64,000 nt of DNA. Source: a virus (Duplodnaviria; Caudoviricetes). Shown piece after piece: positions 19,754 to 27,067 of this stretch. A program made the position numbers and the translations under genes. The notes beneath the pieces were generated by a model. The model was given only the letters and a program-made list of their open reading frames with translations. It was not told the origin of the DNA and ran no database searches. The stretch lies in IMG/VR virus record IMGVR_UViG_2877826310_000002, positions 19,922 to 83,921 of that record; one strand, given 5' to 3'. Numbering within the stretch: position 1 is the stretch's first letter; each line of letters begins with the position of its first letter.

Positions 19754-19943
19754 CGTCGCGCAGCCCTGACTCAGCGACCGTCCGCAACTTGAGTGCAATG
19801 CCGCAGGAATTGGCCAGGCCAGTCAATTGGCCCACGGTGGTGGCCGGGTCTTGAAGCGCCTGGCCAAAACGAATCAGGCGCTCGCCCAGGCTTTCGAACT
19901 CGGTGCGCAGGTGGAGGTGTGTTCCTTGCGTGAGCGTGCTCAT
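19743..19943 (-). CDS. Hypothetical phage protein
   Basis: Coupled small ORF. Confidence 0.55.
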   Translation of the reverse strand: MSTLTQGTHLHLRTEFESLGERLIRFGQALQDPATTVGQLTGLANSCGIALKLRTVAESGLRDDES

Positions 19944-20320
19944 GACTGCGGCTCCTGCGCTGTCACACATGGGTAAGCCTGCATAGCCCGATCAATCTCG
20001 GCATCGAGGTCACTATCGGTCAGCATGTTCTGGTGGCGATCACGCAGTGCCAGGTCCTGACGCGGAGTGTCCCACGCCACTTCGCGCAACCAGCGGTAAC
20101 GCCGGGCGTCTGCTGCGGCGCGCATGTGGTCTTCTATGTTGGCGCAAAGCCCTGTGTCGAGCAGCTGCTCAACAGCATTGCCCTCGGATACCGAGGCTAT
20201 GACGCCCAGTGCGCGCCCTACCGACACCGGCGCGCCGAGCTTTGAATGGAACTGCAGGCCGTCCAACGTTTCGCCTTCGCGAGGACGCAGCACCAGCGTG
20301 ATTCGATTATCATCTGGCAT
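19940..20320 (-). CDS. Hypothetical phage protein (DARRYRWLR motif)
   Basis: DARRYRWLR and DLDAEID motifs common in early phage genes. Confidence 0.6.
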   Translation of the reverse strand: MPDDNRITLVLRPREGETLDGLQFHSKLGAPVSVGRALGVIASVSEGNAVEQLLDTGLCANIEDHMRAAADARRYRWLREVAWDTPRQDLALRDRHQNMLTDSDLDAEIDRAMQAYPCVTAQEPQS

Positions 20321-20591
20321 GGCCGTCACCTCCGTCACATGAGCTGTCCAGGCTCTCGACGCCGCCATTGCCCAACTGCCCTGCGTAGGCAAAGACATCT
20401 TCACCGAGCTTGTGGGCTGCCTCACGGGCTTCATTCGCGGCCTTCTCAGCGAGAATCATCCGCTCACGGGCTTGCTTTGCCTCGTTGGTGGTGCGGCTCT
20501 GATTGGCGAGAGCGATCGACAGGGACAGCAGAAGACGCTCTCCATGCGAAAGGCTTTTGGGCTGGGTAATGCTCTGGTTAGGCACTGACAT
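20310..20591 (-). CDS. Hypothetical phage protein
   Basis: Coupled ORF with coiled coil. Confidence 0.5.
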   Translation of the reverse strand: MSVPNQSITQPKSLSHGERLLLSLSIALANQSRTTNEAKQARERMILAEKAANEAREAAHKLGEDVFAYAGQLGNGGVESLDSSCDGGDGHAR

Positions 20592-20775
20592 GGCGAGAGT
20601 CCTCGTTACGTGGGTTGACCAGCTTGGCGGTACGGATTTCGGAGCGGTCGACGGCCAGCTCGGCCGGAGCATCAATGCCCAGGCGGATCTGGCCGTCCCG
20701 ACCAGAGATCACGGTGATTTTGATGTTGTCGCCGATGACAATTGATTCGCCGAAGCGACGGGATAGACACAGCAT
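20578..20775 (-). CDS. csrA: Phage-encoded CsrA/RsmA-family RNA-binding protein
   Basis: 65 aa: MLCLSRRFGESIVIGDNIKITVI..IRLGIDAP..VDRSEI; AGGAG RBS. Confidence 0.9.
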   Translation of the reverse strand: MLCLSRRFGESIVIGDNIKITVISGRDGQIRLGIDAPAELAVDRSEIRTAKLVNPRNEDSRHVSA

Positions 20776-20818
20776 GGTGGCTCCTTGCAGGCGCTGCGCG
20801 CCCAAAGCAATTAATGAA

Positions 20819-21421
20819 TCAGCGAATGAATCTGCGGACGGGGCGGACGCGAAGCTCGTAGCCCTTGGCGTAGCGGAACTGATAGCCACCACCGAAGTTC
20901 TGATAGAATGCGAGGTAGGCGGAGCGCTGCGTGCTCGACCAGTAGCTGCCCTCTTCAAAGCGGTCGGAAAGGTATGCCCAACCGTGATTCAGCTCGGCGG
21001 CGGAGGGCAGGTAGAAGTCGCTTTGACCGTCTGCCGTGTACTGACTCGCATAGAAAGCTGCAGGAAAGTCAGCGTTCAGAGTAAGCAGTGCCTGGGTATT
21101 GGTGCGTCCATCGAACCTGCTCGTCGCACCAGTTTCAGTGCCGCTCGGACCCCATTTGAAATTCCCGGCATCCTCTTGCGCGTAGATCACATGGCACAGC
21201 CCTTCGGGATACTGGCGCACGCCGCCGTAGATGCCGCCCTGGCCAGCCCAATACGCGCCGATCTCAGGGGTTACCAGTGTTTCCGAGTGCGCATCCTTCG
21301 CCGACTCTGGCCGGGTTGTTCCGCTTGCCAGAAAACCGCGCACAAGACGGGCCGCGAGAGGGGATAACACTTCGACGGAAATGTTCAAGTTCAGCGTTTT
21401 GATCAGTGGTGCCTTCTTCAT
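20819..21421 (-). CDS. DUF1566 (Lcl C-terminal, lectin-like) protein
   Basis: DFYLPSxxEL..YWSSTQ..VRPVRR. Confidence 0.8.
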   Translation of the reverse strand: MKKAPLIKTLNLNISVEVLSPLAARLVRGFLASGTTRPESAKDAHSETLVTPEIGAYWAGQGGIYGGVRQYPEGLCHVIYAQEDAGNFKWGPSGTETGATSRFDGRTNTQALLTLNADFPAAFYASQYTADGQSDFYLPSAAELNHGWAYLSDRFEEGSYWSSTQRSAYLAFYQNFGGGYQFRYAKGYELRVRPVRRFIR

Positions 21422-21499
21422 TTCACTTTCTCCAGGCCAAATGCTTCCCGGCCGCGATTGTTGGCTTTCGTTCAGTGTTGTGGAGTTACTTGGGGTAAG

Positions 21500-21979
21500 T
21501 TACGACTTGAACAGTCCGAACACTTCCCGCTTGCCTTTACCTATCATTCCTGTTATCGCAGATACTTTGACTTGCGCATCCGTGTGTCGCTTCGCTTGAT
21601 CCGCGTCAAGTTCTCCGAGGCGCGTGTGCTTCATCACCTCTTTGCATTTTGAGAACTCTCGCCGCACTCCACGCATTGCTGTATCTATTGCAATGAATGC
21701 TTGATCAGATGGTGGAACTATTCGATATCCCTTGCCGCGCACGCTCACGATATAAATCTGATACTGCGTGAGCAGGGCCTCTTTGAACTGCTCCACACGG
21801 TCCAGAATAACGAACTGGCAGTTGACCATTTCAGCTGCAGTCGTTGGCTTGGGTAGATTTAGCGCCCAGGTCAGCCAGTCGTGGCTGATCAGCTGGCCGT
21901 CCGCAAACTTGTCTTCGTGGAAAAGCTCGAGCGCCTTATCCAGCGACCAGCTATTTGGCTTGAGAGGAACGACGCTCAT
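21500..21979 (-). CDS. Accessory protein of the RAMP-like cassette (possible winged helix)
   Basis: 159 aa; ATGA overlap with the upstream gene; SVRGKGYRI wing-like motif. Confidence 0.7.
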   Translation of the reverse strand: MSVVPLKPNSWSLDKALELFHEDKFADGQLISHDWLTWALNLPKPTTAAEMVNCQFVILDRVEQFKEALLTQYQIYIVSVRGKGYRIVPPSDQAFIAIDTAMRGVRREFSKCKEVMKHTRLGELDADQAKRHTDAQVKVSAITGMIGKGKREVFGLFKS

Positions 21980-22545
21980 TGCAGAACCTCAACGGTGAAA
22001 CGGCCGAATTTCGGGCGGTAGTCGCCTACGCCGCAGTATTGGCCAGCGTCTTCCAGGCATTTCAGAACCTGGGCGCGGTCGATTGATTCTTGGTCGAATG
22101 CGATCTCGCAGATGGTTGACCACTCGCGGAACAGAGGGCGGTACCGGGTGATGCGTGCGGTGCCAACCTTTACCGAGCGAGCGTCATAGAACGCCTCATC
22201 CCACAGACCTTCAACGGTGCGCGGGCCTTCATAGATGATCGGGCAGCGGGAGTCCATGATTTCAACCGAGCGCTTGAGTTGAGTGCCCATCTTTGAAAGC
22301 TTGCCGCCTGCCACCAACGACGATTCGATATTGATTCCCGGCAAGTAAGGCCCGATATCATCAGAGAAGTACAGACCGCCGCGCCATTCGCTGCGCGCGA
22401 TAAGTTCGTGGTCTTCGTCGGACTTCTTGCGTTTTGAAGTCAAGACTTTGTGCGCCTTGGTCAACTTGTTCAGCGGATCGGCGAAAACGTCGGCGTGAAT
22501 TAAAAGCGGACGGGTGCCGATGATCTTAACTTTCAAAGTTTGCAT
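21976..22545 (-). CDS. Stand-alone RAMP/Cas7-like protein
   Basis: N-terminal strand LKVKIIGTRPLLIH; PYLPGINIESSL (cf. RAMP PxIPGSSxKG); C-terminal Gly loop GVGDYRPKFGRF; GAGG RBS. Confidence 0.75.
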   Translation of the reverse strand: MQTLKVKIIGTRPLLIHADVFADPLNKLTKAHKVLTSKRKKSDEDHELIARSEWRGGLYFSDDIGPYLPGINIESSLVAGGKLSKMGTQLKRSVEIMDSRCPIIYEGPRTVEGLWDEAFYDARSVKVGTARITRYRPLFREWSTICEIAFDQESIDRAQVLKCLEDAGQYCGVGDYRPKFGRFTVEVLQ

Positions 22546-22687
22546 GGTGATGCCTCGTAGTTTCGCTGCGTGTGCCTATTCGCCTAATGCGATGCACGTT
22601 GCTTTGCGTGTTGAACTTGAAAGCAGCCTCGGTGAAGTTGCTTTCAAGTTGCCACCAGATACGCTGATGGCCCCGTGCGGATTACCG

Positions 22688-22752
22688 CCCATGCCTTGCC
22701 CCGCCTCGCCATACCACGCCGTACCCCGCCACACCATGCCTCGCCCAGCCTC
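22688..22752 (-). repeat. Array B: 13 x (NN-GGY) pentamers, probable guide-like ncRNA
   Basis: Minus strand: gaGGC tgGGC gaGGC atGGT gtGGC ggGGT acGGC gtGGT atGGC gaGGC ggGGC aaGGC atGGG. Confidence 0.9.
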
Positions 22753-22861
22753 GGGTGGTTTTACTGGATCGACCCAGAGGGACCGGACTCCTGCCAGCTT
22801 TCGCTGGTGACTATCGCCACCGGAAAGCCCGCTCATAGAACGGGCAGACCGCTGTAAACAG

Positions 22862-22916
22862 CCCTCGCCTTGCCCCGCCACACCATGCCAGGCCTCGCCG
22901 TGCCACATCCCGCCGC
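22862..22916 (-). repeat. Array A: 11 x (NN-GGY) pentamers, probable guide-like ncRNA
   Basis: Minus strand: gcGGC ggGAT gtGGC acGGC gaGGC ctGGC atGGT gtGGC ggGGC aaGGC gaGGG. Confidence 0.9.
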
Positions 22917-22974
22917 GTGATGCTTCCGCACCGGACAGCATCCTCTGCCGAAGATGCTCGCCGCTGCCAAGCAG

Positions 22975-23283
22975 TCAGGCAAGGAACACGCCTTGGTGGC
23001 TTTGATCTTGATCATGCTGCTGGTCCGGATCTGCTGGAGCTGCGCAGGCAAAGCTGATGATCCCTTGCGCGAACGCAGCTGCGACCATTGCTGCCTGACG
23101 TTTTACGCCCAGCTTGAACATCGCGCTCGCGATACGCTTAGCGGTGGTGGATGGCGCCATTCCCAAAATTTGAGCGGCCTCCTTAACTGTCTTGCCGTTG
23201 GCTACAGCCAAAACGCATTGAAGTTCGCGAGGTGCCAGGCCTTGCCCTAAGAATCCTTTCCAACTACCAAGCTCAATGTTCAT
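22975..23283 (-). CDS. LuxR-type HTH phage regulator, first gene of the PL operon
   Basis: LAPRELQCVLAVANGKTVKEAAQILG..KLGV; GGAG RBS. Confidence 0.85.
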   Translation of the reverse strand: MNIELGSWKGFLGQGLAPRELQCVLAVANGKTVKEAAQILGMAPSTTAKRIASAMFKLGVKRQAAMVAAAFAQGIISFACAAPADPDQQHDQDQSHQGVFLA

Positions 23284-23295
23284 GTAGCTCTCCAA

Positions 23296-23366
23296 ATAAC
23301 CGCAGGTGTTAACTCGTTGAGTGGAATCTAGACCTGAAAGCGAACCGAGTCAACACCTGCGGTTAT
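23296..23366 (-). promoter_or_regulatory. PL promoter with two operators
   Basis: ATAACCGCAGGTGTTR at 23296-23311 and inverted at 23351-23366; TTGACT-17-TAGATT on minus strand (23353-23325). Confidence 0.8.
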
Positions 23367-23407
23367 ATATCTTGCGTTTTTTTTATGGCTCTTCATTTTC
23401 AAGGCGC

Positions 23408-23436
23408 AAAAAAAACCCGCTCATGGCGGGTGTTTT
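23408..23436 (-). terminator. Intrinsic terminator after cI
   Basis: ACCCGC/GCGGGT hairpin with T-run on the minus strand. Confidence 0.7.
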
Positions 23437-23462
23437 GCGGTAAATGGGCGGTCAGATGTCGG

Positions 23463-24302
23463 TTAAAAGCTGCGACCGTTCCACCAGTAAATCACTTGGG
23501 CGAGGATGTGAATGTCATTAGCGCGTGCCGCAGGAATGGGCAGATCTCGGTACTGAGCATTGTCAGAAATGATGGAGAATCCGTCCAAATTCCTCTGTAT
23601 GCGCTTTATCAAGAGCTGACCCTGCAGCTGAAAAAAATAGATCGCATCCGACTCCACCGTAGTGACCCCGATATCTATCATCACCGCGTCGCCATTCCGG
23701 ATGGTTGGGGACATGCTATCTCCGCGACCACAAATTAGCCTGAGGTTTTCCAGCGCAGAAAACGTGAGATTTTGTCGAACCCAGCGAGCATCCAGGCTCA
23801 TGTTCTCAACAACCATGTTCATTTCGGGCATGTCTATGCCAGGCCCCATCGAAGCACTTACGTCGTAGCGAGGAACCAGAACAACTGGCTTGTAGTCGCG
23901 GATCTTCTGGGCCAGAGCAGACGGCAGTCCTTGGATATCCACAACCTGTTCAGCTTCGGATACATCGCTTGGTAGGCGGATGCTGGTCAAGGATCTTTGC
24001 AGGGATTCGTCCCATATAGCGCCAACCACCTTTCCCGCCCCGCCAGGGCCATTTATTTCAGCGGCGATCCGAGGGCTGAATTCGCCCACTGCCACTTCAA
24101 GCAGCCGGGAAATCTTGAAGGCGAACTCGAGGTTGATGGCATTACGACCATTCAGGTACATGGATAGGCCAGCCTGAGACATGTTCAATTGCTCAGCCAG
24201 TGCTTCCTGCGTCAATCCGAGATCAGCACGCTTGCGCATGTAGATGCTCTTGAGCCGAGCGCACTCGGCTTTCTCTTCGGGGGTTAGATCACGTTTTTTC
24301 AT
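23463..24302 (-). CDS. cI: cI-like repressor (HTH + S24 peptidase)
   Basis: LTQEALAEQLNMSQ HTH; GDSMSPTI and IKR catalytic motifs. Confidence 0.93.
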   Translation of the reverse strand: MKKRDLTPEEKAECARLKSIYMRKRADLGLTQEALAEQLNMSQAGLSMYLNGRNAINLEFAFKISRLLEVAVGEFSPRIAAEINGPGGAGKVVGAIWDESLQRSLTSIRLPSDVSEAEQVVDIQGLPSALAQKIRDYKPVVLVPRYDVSASMGPGIDMPEMNMVVENMSLDARWVRQNLTFSALENLRLICGRGDSMSPTIRNGDAVMIDIGVTTVESDAIYFFQLQGQLLIKRIQRNLDGFSIISDNAQYRDLPIPAARANDIHILAQVIYWWNGRSF

Positions 24303-24308
24303 ACGGCA

Positions 24309-24378
24309 ACTCTATAACCGTGGGTGATCACAATCAAAAACCGCAGGTGTTGATTTTTCAATCACCAGCGGTTATTTT
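24309..24378. promoter_or_regulatory. OR region: three operators, PR and PRM
   Basis: Operators at 24314, 24337, 24360 (23-bp period); PR TTGATT-17-TATTTT (+); PRM TTGATT-17-TAGAGT (-). Confidence 0.85.
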
Positions 24379-24407
24379 GTGTCGCAATAGCCATTTCAGG
24401 TGAGCGT

Positions 24408-24704
24408 ATGACGCCTATCCCCCTGAGCGTATTCGTCCAAGACAAAGGCCAAGACGAAGCCGCTAAGTTACTCGGCTCTAGCCAAGCTGCAATCTGCAAA
24501 GCCCTCAAGTCTGGTCGATTGATACTCGTTCACGAAGATCATCCAGGGATTTTCTCCGCGATTGAGCTTAAGGGGTTCCCTTCCAGCGGGCTTAGTCAGA
24601 AGGCTCGGCCAAATCTTGAGCAAATTGTGGAACAGATATCTCGCTTCGGAAAGGGGCTTGGCGTAGCTGTTCAAGCATCCAGTACTGCGCAGGCCTCCCG
24701 GTGA
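24408..24704 (+). CDS. cro: Cro-like protein
   Basis: GQDEAAKLLGSSQAAICKALKSGR..ELKGFPS, similar to lambda Cro. Confidence 0.88.
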   Translation: MTPIPLSVFVQDKGQDEAAKLLGSSQAAICKALKSGRLILVHEDHPGIFSAIELKGFPSSGLSQKARPNLEQIVEQISRFGKGLGVAVQASSTAQASR

Positions 24705-24838
24705 CCGCCTGCCAATCCCAATTTTTGCTGTCTGGCTGACTTTCCTCCAGGCAACAAAAAGCCCGCTTCGTAGGCGGGCCCTTTAACCACTCCTGCCAGG
24801 GAGTGTTTCGAAACTTCTCGTTCCAGGAGAACGAATCA

Positions 24839-25246
24839 ATGCACGCAGAAAATACCACCGCACCCCCAGCAACGCAAGAACCATCGGAAATCACGTTCAC
24901 TGCTGAGCAGAAGCGTTTTATCGCGGACCTTCTGATAGCTGAAAGGAAGCACGCATCCCGCTGGTGGACCTATCTGAACGAGATGCGCCTCGCCAAGCAG
25001 CTGCCGGAATGGTGCTCGGACAGAAAAGACGTAGGCAACGCTCTGGATTACGACAACTGGGCCAAGGATTGCAGCGCTACAAGCTGGGCACTCCTTGGGT
25101 TCAGCGGGCATCTGAATCGTTTTGAAGCGGCATCGGGCAAGGACGCGCTCGATCTCGCTGATAGCAAGTGGGCGACGCTTGACGACAAGCGCGCGCCACG
25201 AAACGTGACCCCTCTGAATCGTGGCGCGCACGGTGACGACCAATGA
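24839..25246 (+). CDS. Hypothetical phage protein
   Basis: AGGAG RBS, coupled to the next ORF. Confidence 0.6.
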   Translation: MHAENTTAPPATQEPSEITFTAEQKRFIADLLIAERKHASRWWTYLNEMRLAKQLPEWCSDRKDVGNALDYDNWAKDCSATSWALLGFSGHLNRFEAASGKDALDLADSKWATLDDKRAPRNVTPLNRGAHGDDQ

Positions 25247-25770
25247 AAGCCGTCATCCCGAAGTCACCGCGTCGCGTACCTAAGCGCAAGCAGATCGGCT
25301 TGCGTGAGAAGCCAGAGCAGGCCACCGCGTGGGATCGCCTGCCTTTTGTGGGTCGCGACCACAGCAAGCATCACTCCAGCTGGGACGTGCCCCTGTCGGG
25401 TGGGTACTTCGCTGGCATTGATATTGGAAAGCTCGTGTTCCGCATGTATCTGAAATACGTTCGCGACGAGCAAAACAATCCCATTGCCCTGTGCAGCGTT
25501 CACCTTACCGGGATGTTGCACTCGCTGGAAAACAGGAACCCGGTCACCGACGAAGAAATCGATTCTGTTCGGGGCCAGAAGGTCGGCTTCTTCGGTGAGC
25601 TTTCCACGTGGCTTGAAGCCTCTGCATGCAGGCTGGGCAGCAGCCTTGATGCGATACCACACCGTTCTTTCGTTCAGTCCGCAAACGAAGCGCTGCAGCG
25701 TGACGATGCGTCGCTCATGGATGCGGTTGAGGCTGCCGGGCGCAAGAAGCAAGTGGAGGCCGCGCAATGA
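25243..25770 (+). CDS. Hypothetical phage protein
   Basis: Coupled 175-aa ORF. Confidence 0.6.
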   Translation: MKAVIPKSPRRVPKRKQIGLREKPEQATAWDRLPFVGRDHSKHHSSWDVPLSGGYFAGIDIGKLVFRMYLKYVRDEQNNPIALCSVHLTGMLHSLENRNPVTDEEIDSVRGQKVGFFGELSTWLEASACRLGSSLDAIPHRSFVQSANEALQRDDASLMDAVEAAGRKKQVEAAQ

Positions 25771-26489
25771 GCTTGATCACCAGCACCGCCCCGACAATGT
25801 CATCCCAAGAAATCGCCGATCTTGTCGGCTCGCGTCATGACAATGTCAAAACCGCAATTGATCGACTCGTAGCCAGGCGAGTGATTTCCCAACCTGCAAT
25901 GCAGGATGGGCCAAGGTCTGCCAATGGTGTGGTTGTTCAGGAATACCTGCTCATCAAGCGCGACAGTTTCATCGTGGTTGCCCAGCTCAGCCCAGAGTTC
26001 ACAGCAGCGCTGGTTGACCGGTGGCAGGAACTGGAAGACGTCGCTCGCCCGATGACCCAGGCCGAAATCACCGCGGCGAACGCCAATCACCTGGTGGAAA
26101 TGGAGCGTCAGCAGCGTGAGCAGCAGGTGGCCATCGACCGGATCGAGCGCCGGGTTGAGGTGATCGCCGAACAGAGGGTCTGGGATCACTGCCCGCAGAA
26201 CTGTATCCCGCTCGGGCGCATTCAGGCGGAAATGAACAAGACCTATGGCATGTCCGGACCGATGGTTTCATTCGTGCTGCGCCAGTGGCCGAACCAGCCC
26301 AATCACGCAGGCATGGTCCGTAACGGCCACGAGGAAGCGAAGGGCAGCCAGTACATCGTCTGGTCCAAGAGCCTCGTCACCGCCGCGTTCAAGCGCTTCG
26401 TTTCAGAATGCCTGATGGTCAGCGCCACCCAGGCCACACACCCCTATTTTGAAGGCCGGTTCCGACTGGTGCAGAAGGTCAAGTCATGA
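25767..26489 (+). CDS. Rha-family regulatory/antirepressor protein
   Basis: TMSSQEIADLVGSRHDNVK..AALVDRWQELE. Confidence 0.85.
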   Translation: MSLITSTAPTMSSQEIADLVGSRHDNVKTAIDRLVARRVISQPAMQDGPRSANGVVVQEYLLIKRDSFIVVAQLSPEFTAALVDRWQELEDVARPMTQAEITAANANHLVEMERQQREQQVAIDRIERRVEVIAEQRVWDHCPQNCIPLGRIQAEMNKTYGMSGPMVSFVLRQWPNQPNHAGMVRNGHEEAKGSQYIVWSKSLVTAAFKRFVSECLMVSATQATHPYFEGRFRLVQKVKS

Positions 26490-27067
26490 GCGATTCCAAA
26501 CCAATCATCACAACGGACGGCATTGTTCTCGACGTCGACCATTACAAGAAGTACGCCGATGGGCCATTGATATTCAAGTGCTTTGAGGTCATAGACGAAG
26601 CCATTGATGCCGTGGAGGAAGGCGCAAAAATCCAGCTTCACGACGACACCCATTTTGGCCTAATCGCTGCGTACTGGGCGTTGACGGCACTTTTCGAAAG
26701 GCATACCGGAGCCAACGCCAAAGAGGTGTCGGACAAGCGTATCGATAATCTTCGTGCGCAGTTGCTTGGCGGTGCGCAGCAATCTATGTCGATGCCCGCA
26801 AGCAAGCCTCTGGAAAAGCCTGTGATCCTCAGCAAGGAATATCTCGACGAGTTGGACGACTACACGCTGGCCAGCCTTGCGTTGACTGATTGCGATAACA
26901 GCCAGGTGAGCTTGCTCGCGGCCGACCACAGTCTGTCAGCCGGTGACTTCCGACGCACGATCGTGCCGATGGCAAACGCCCAGACGGCCTTACGCCTACT
27001 GTGCCGCCGCTTGCTGAACGATGGAGGTAGCGCCTCTCACCTGCCTGCCGGGGAGACGCTTCAATGA
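26486..27067 (+). CDS. Hypothetical phage protein
   Basis: Coupled 193-aa ORF. Confidence 0.6.
   Translation: MSDSKPIITTDGIVLDVDHYKKYADGPLIFKCFEVIDEAIDAVEEGAKIQLHDDTHFGLIAAYWALTALFERHTGANAKEVSDKRIDNLRAQLLGGAQQSMSMPASKPLEKPVILSKEYLDELDDYTLASLALTDCDNSQVSLLAADHSLSAGDFRRTIVPMANAQTALRLLCRRLLNDGGSASHLPAGETLQ

Noticed and set aside
20819-21421. Diversity-generating retroelement
   Set aside because: No reverse transcriptase or template repeat seen in the window
22688-22916. Canonical CRISPR array or simple microsatellite
   Set aside because: No 25-40 nt repeats with spacers. Units vary almost only at two fixed positions, unlike slippage-generated satellites
22576-22941. 121-aa ORF (MLSGAEASRGGMWHGEAWHG...) and other ORFs across the GGY arrays
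   Set aside because: The 5-nt period is out of phase with codons, there is no clear RBS, and the region is hairpin-rich; better explained as ncRNA
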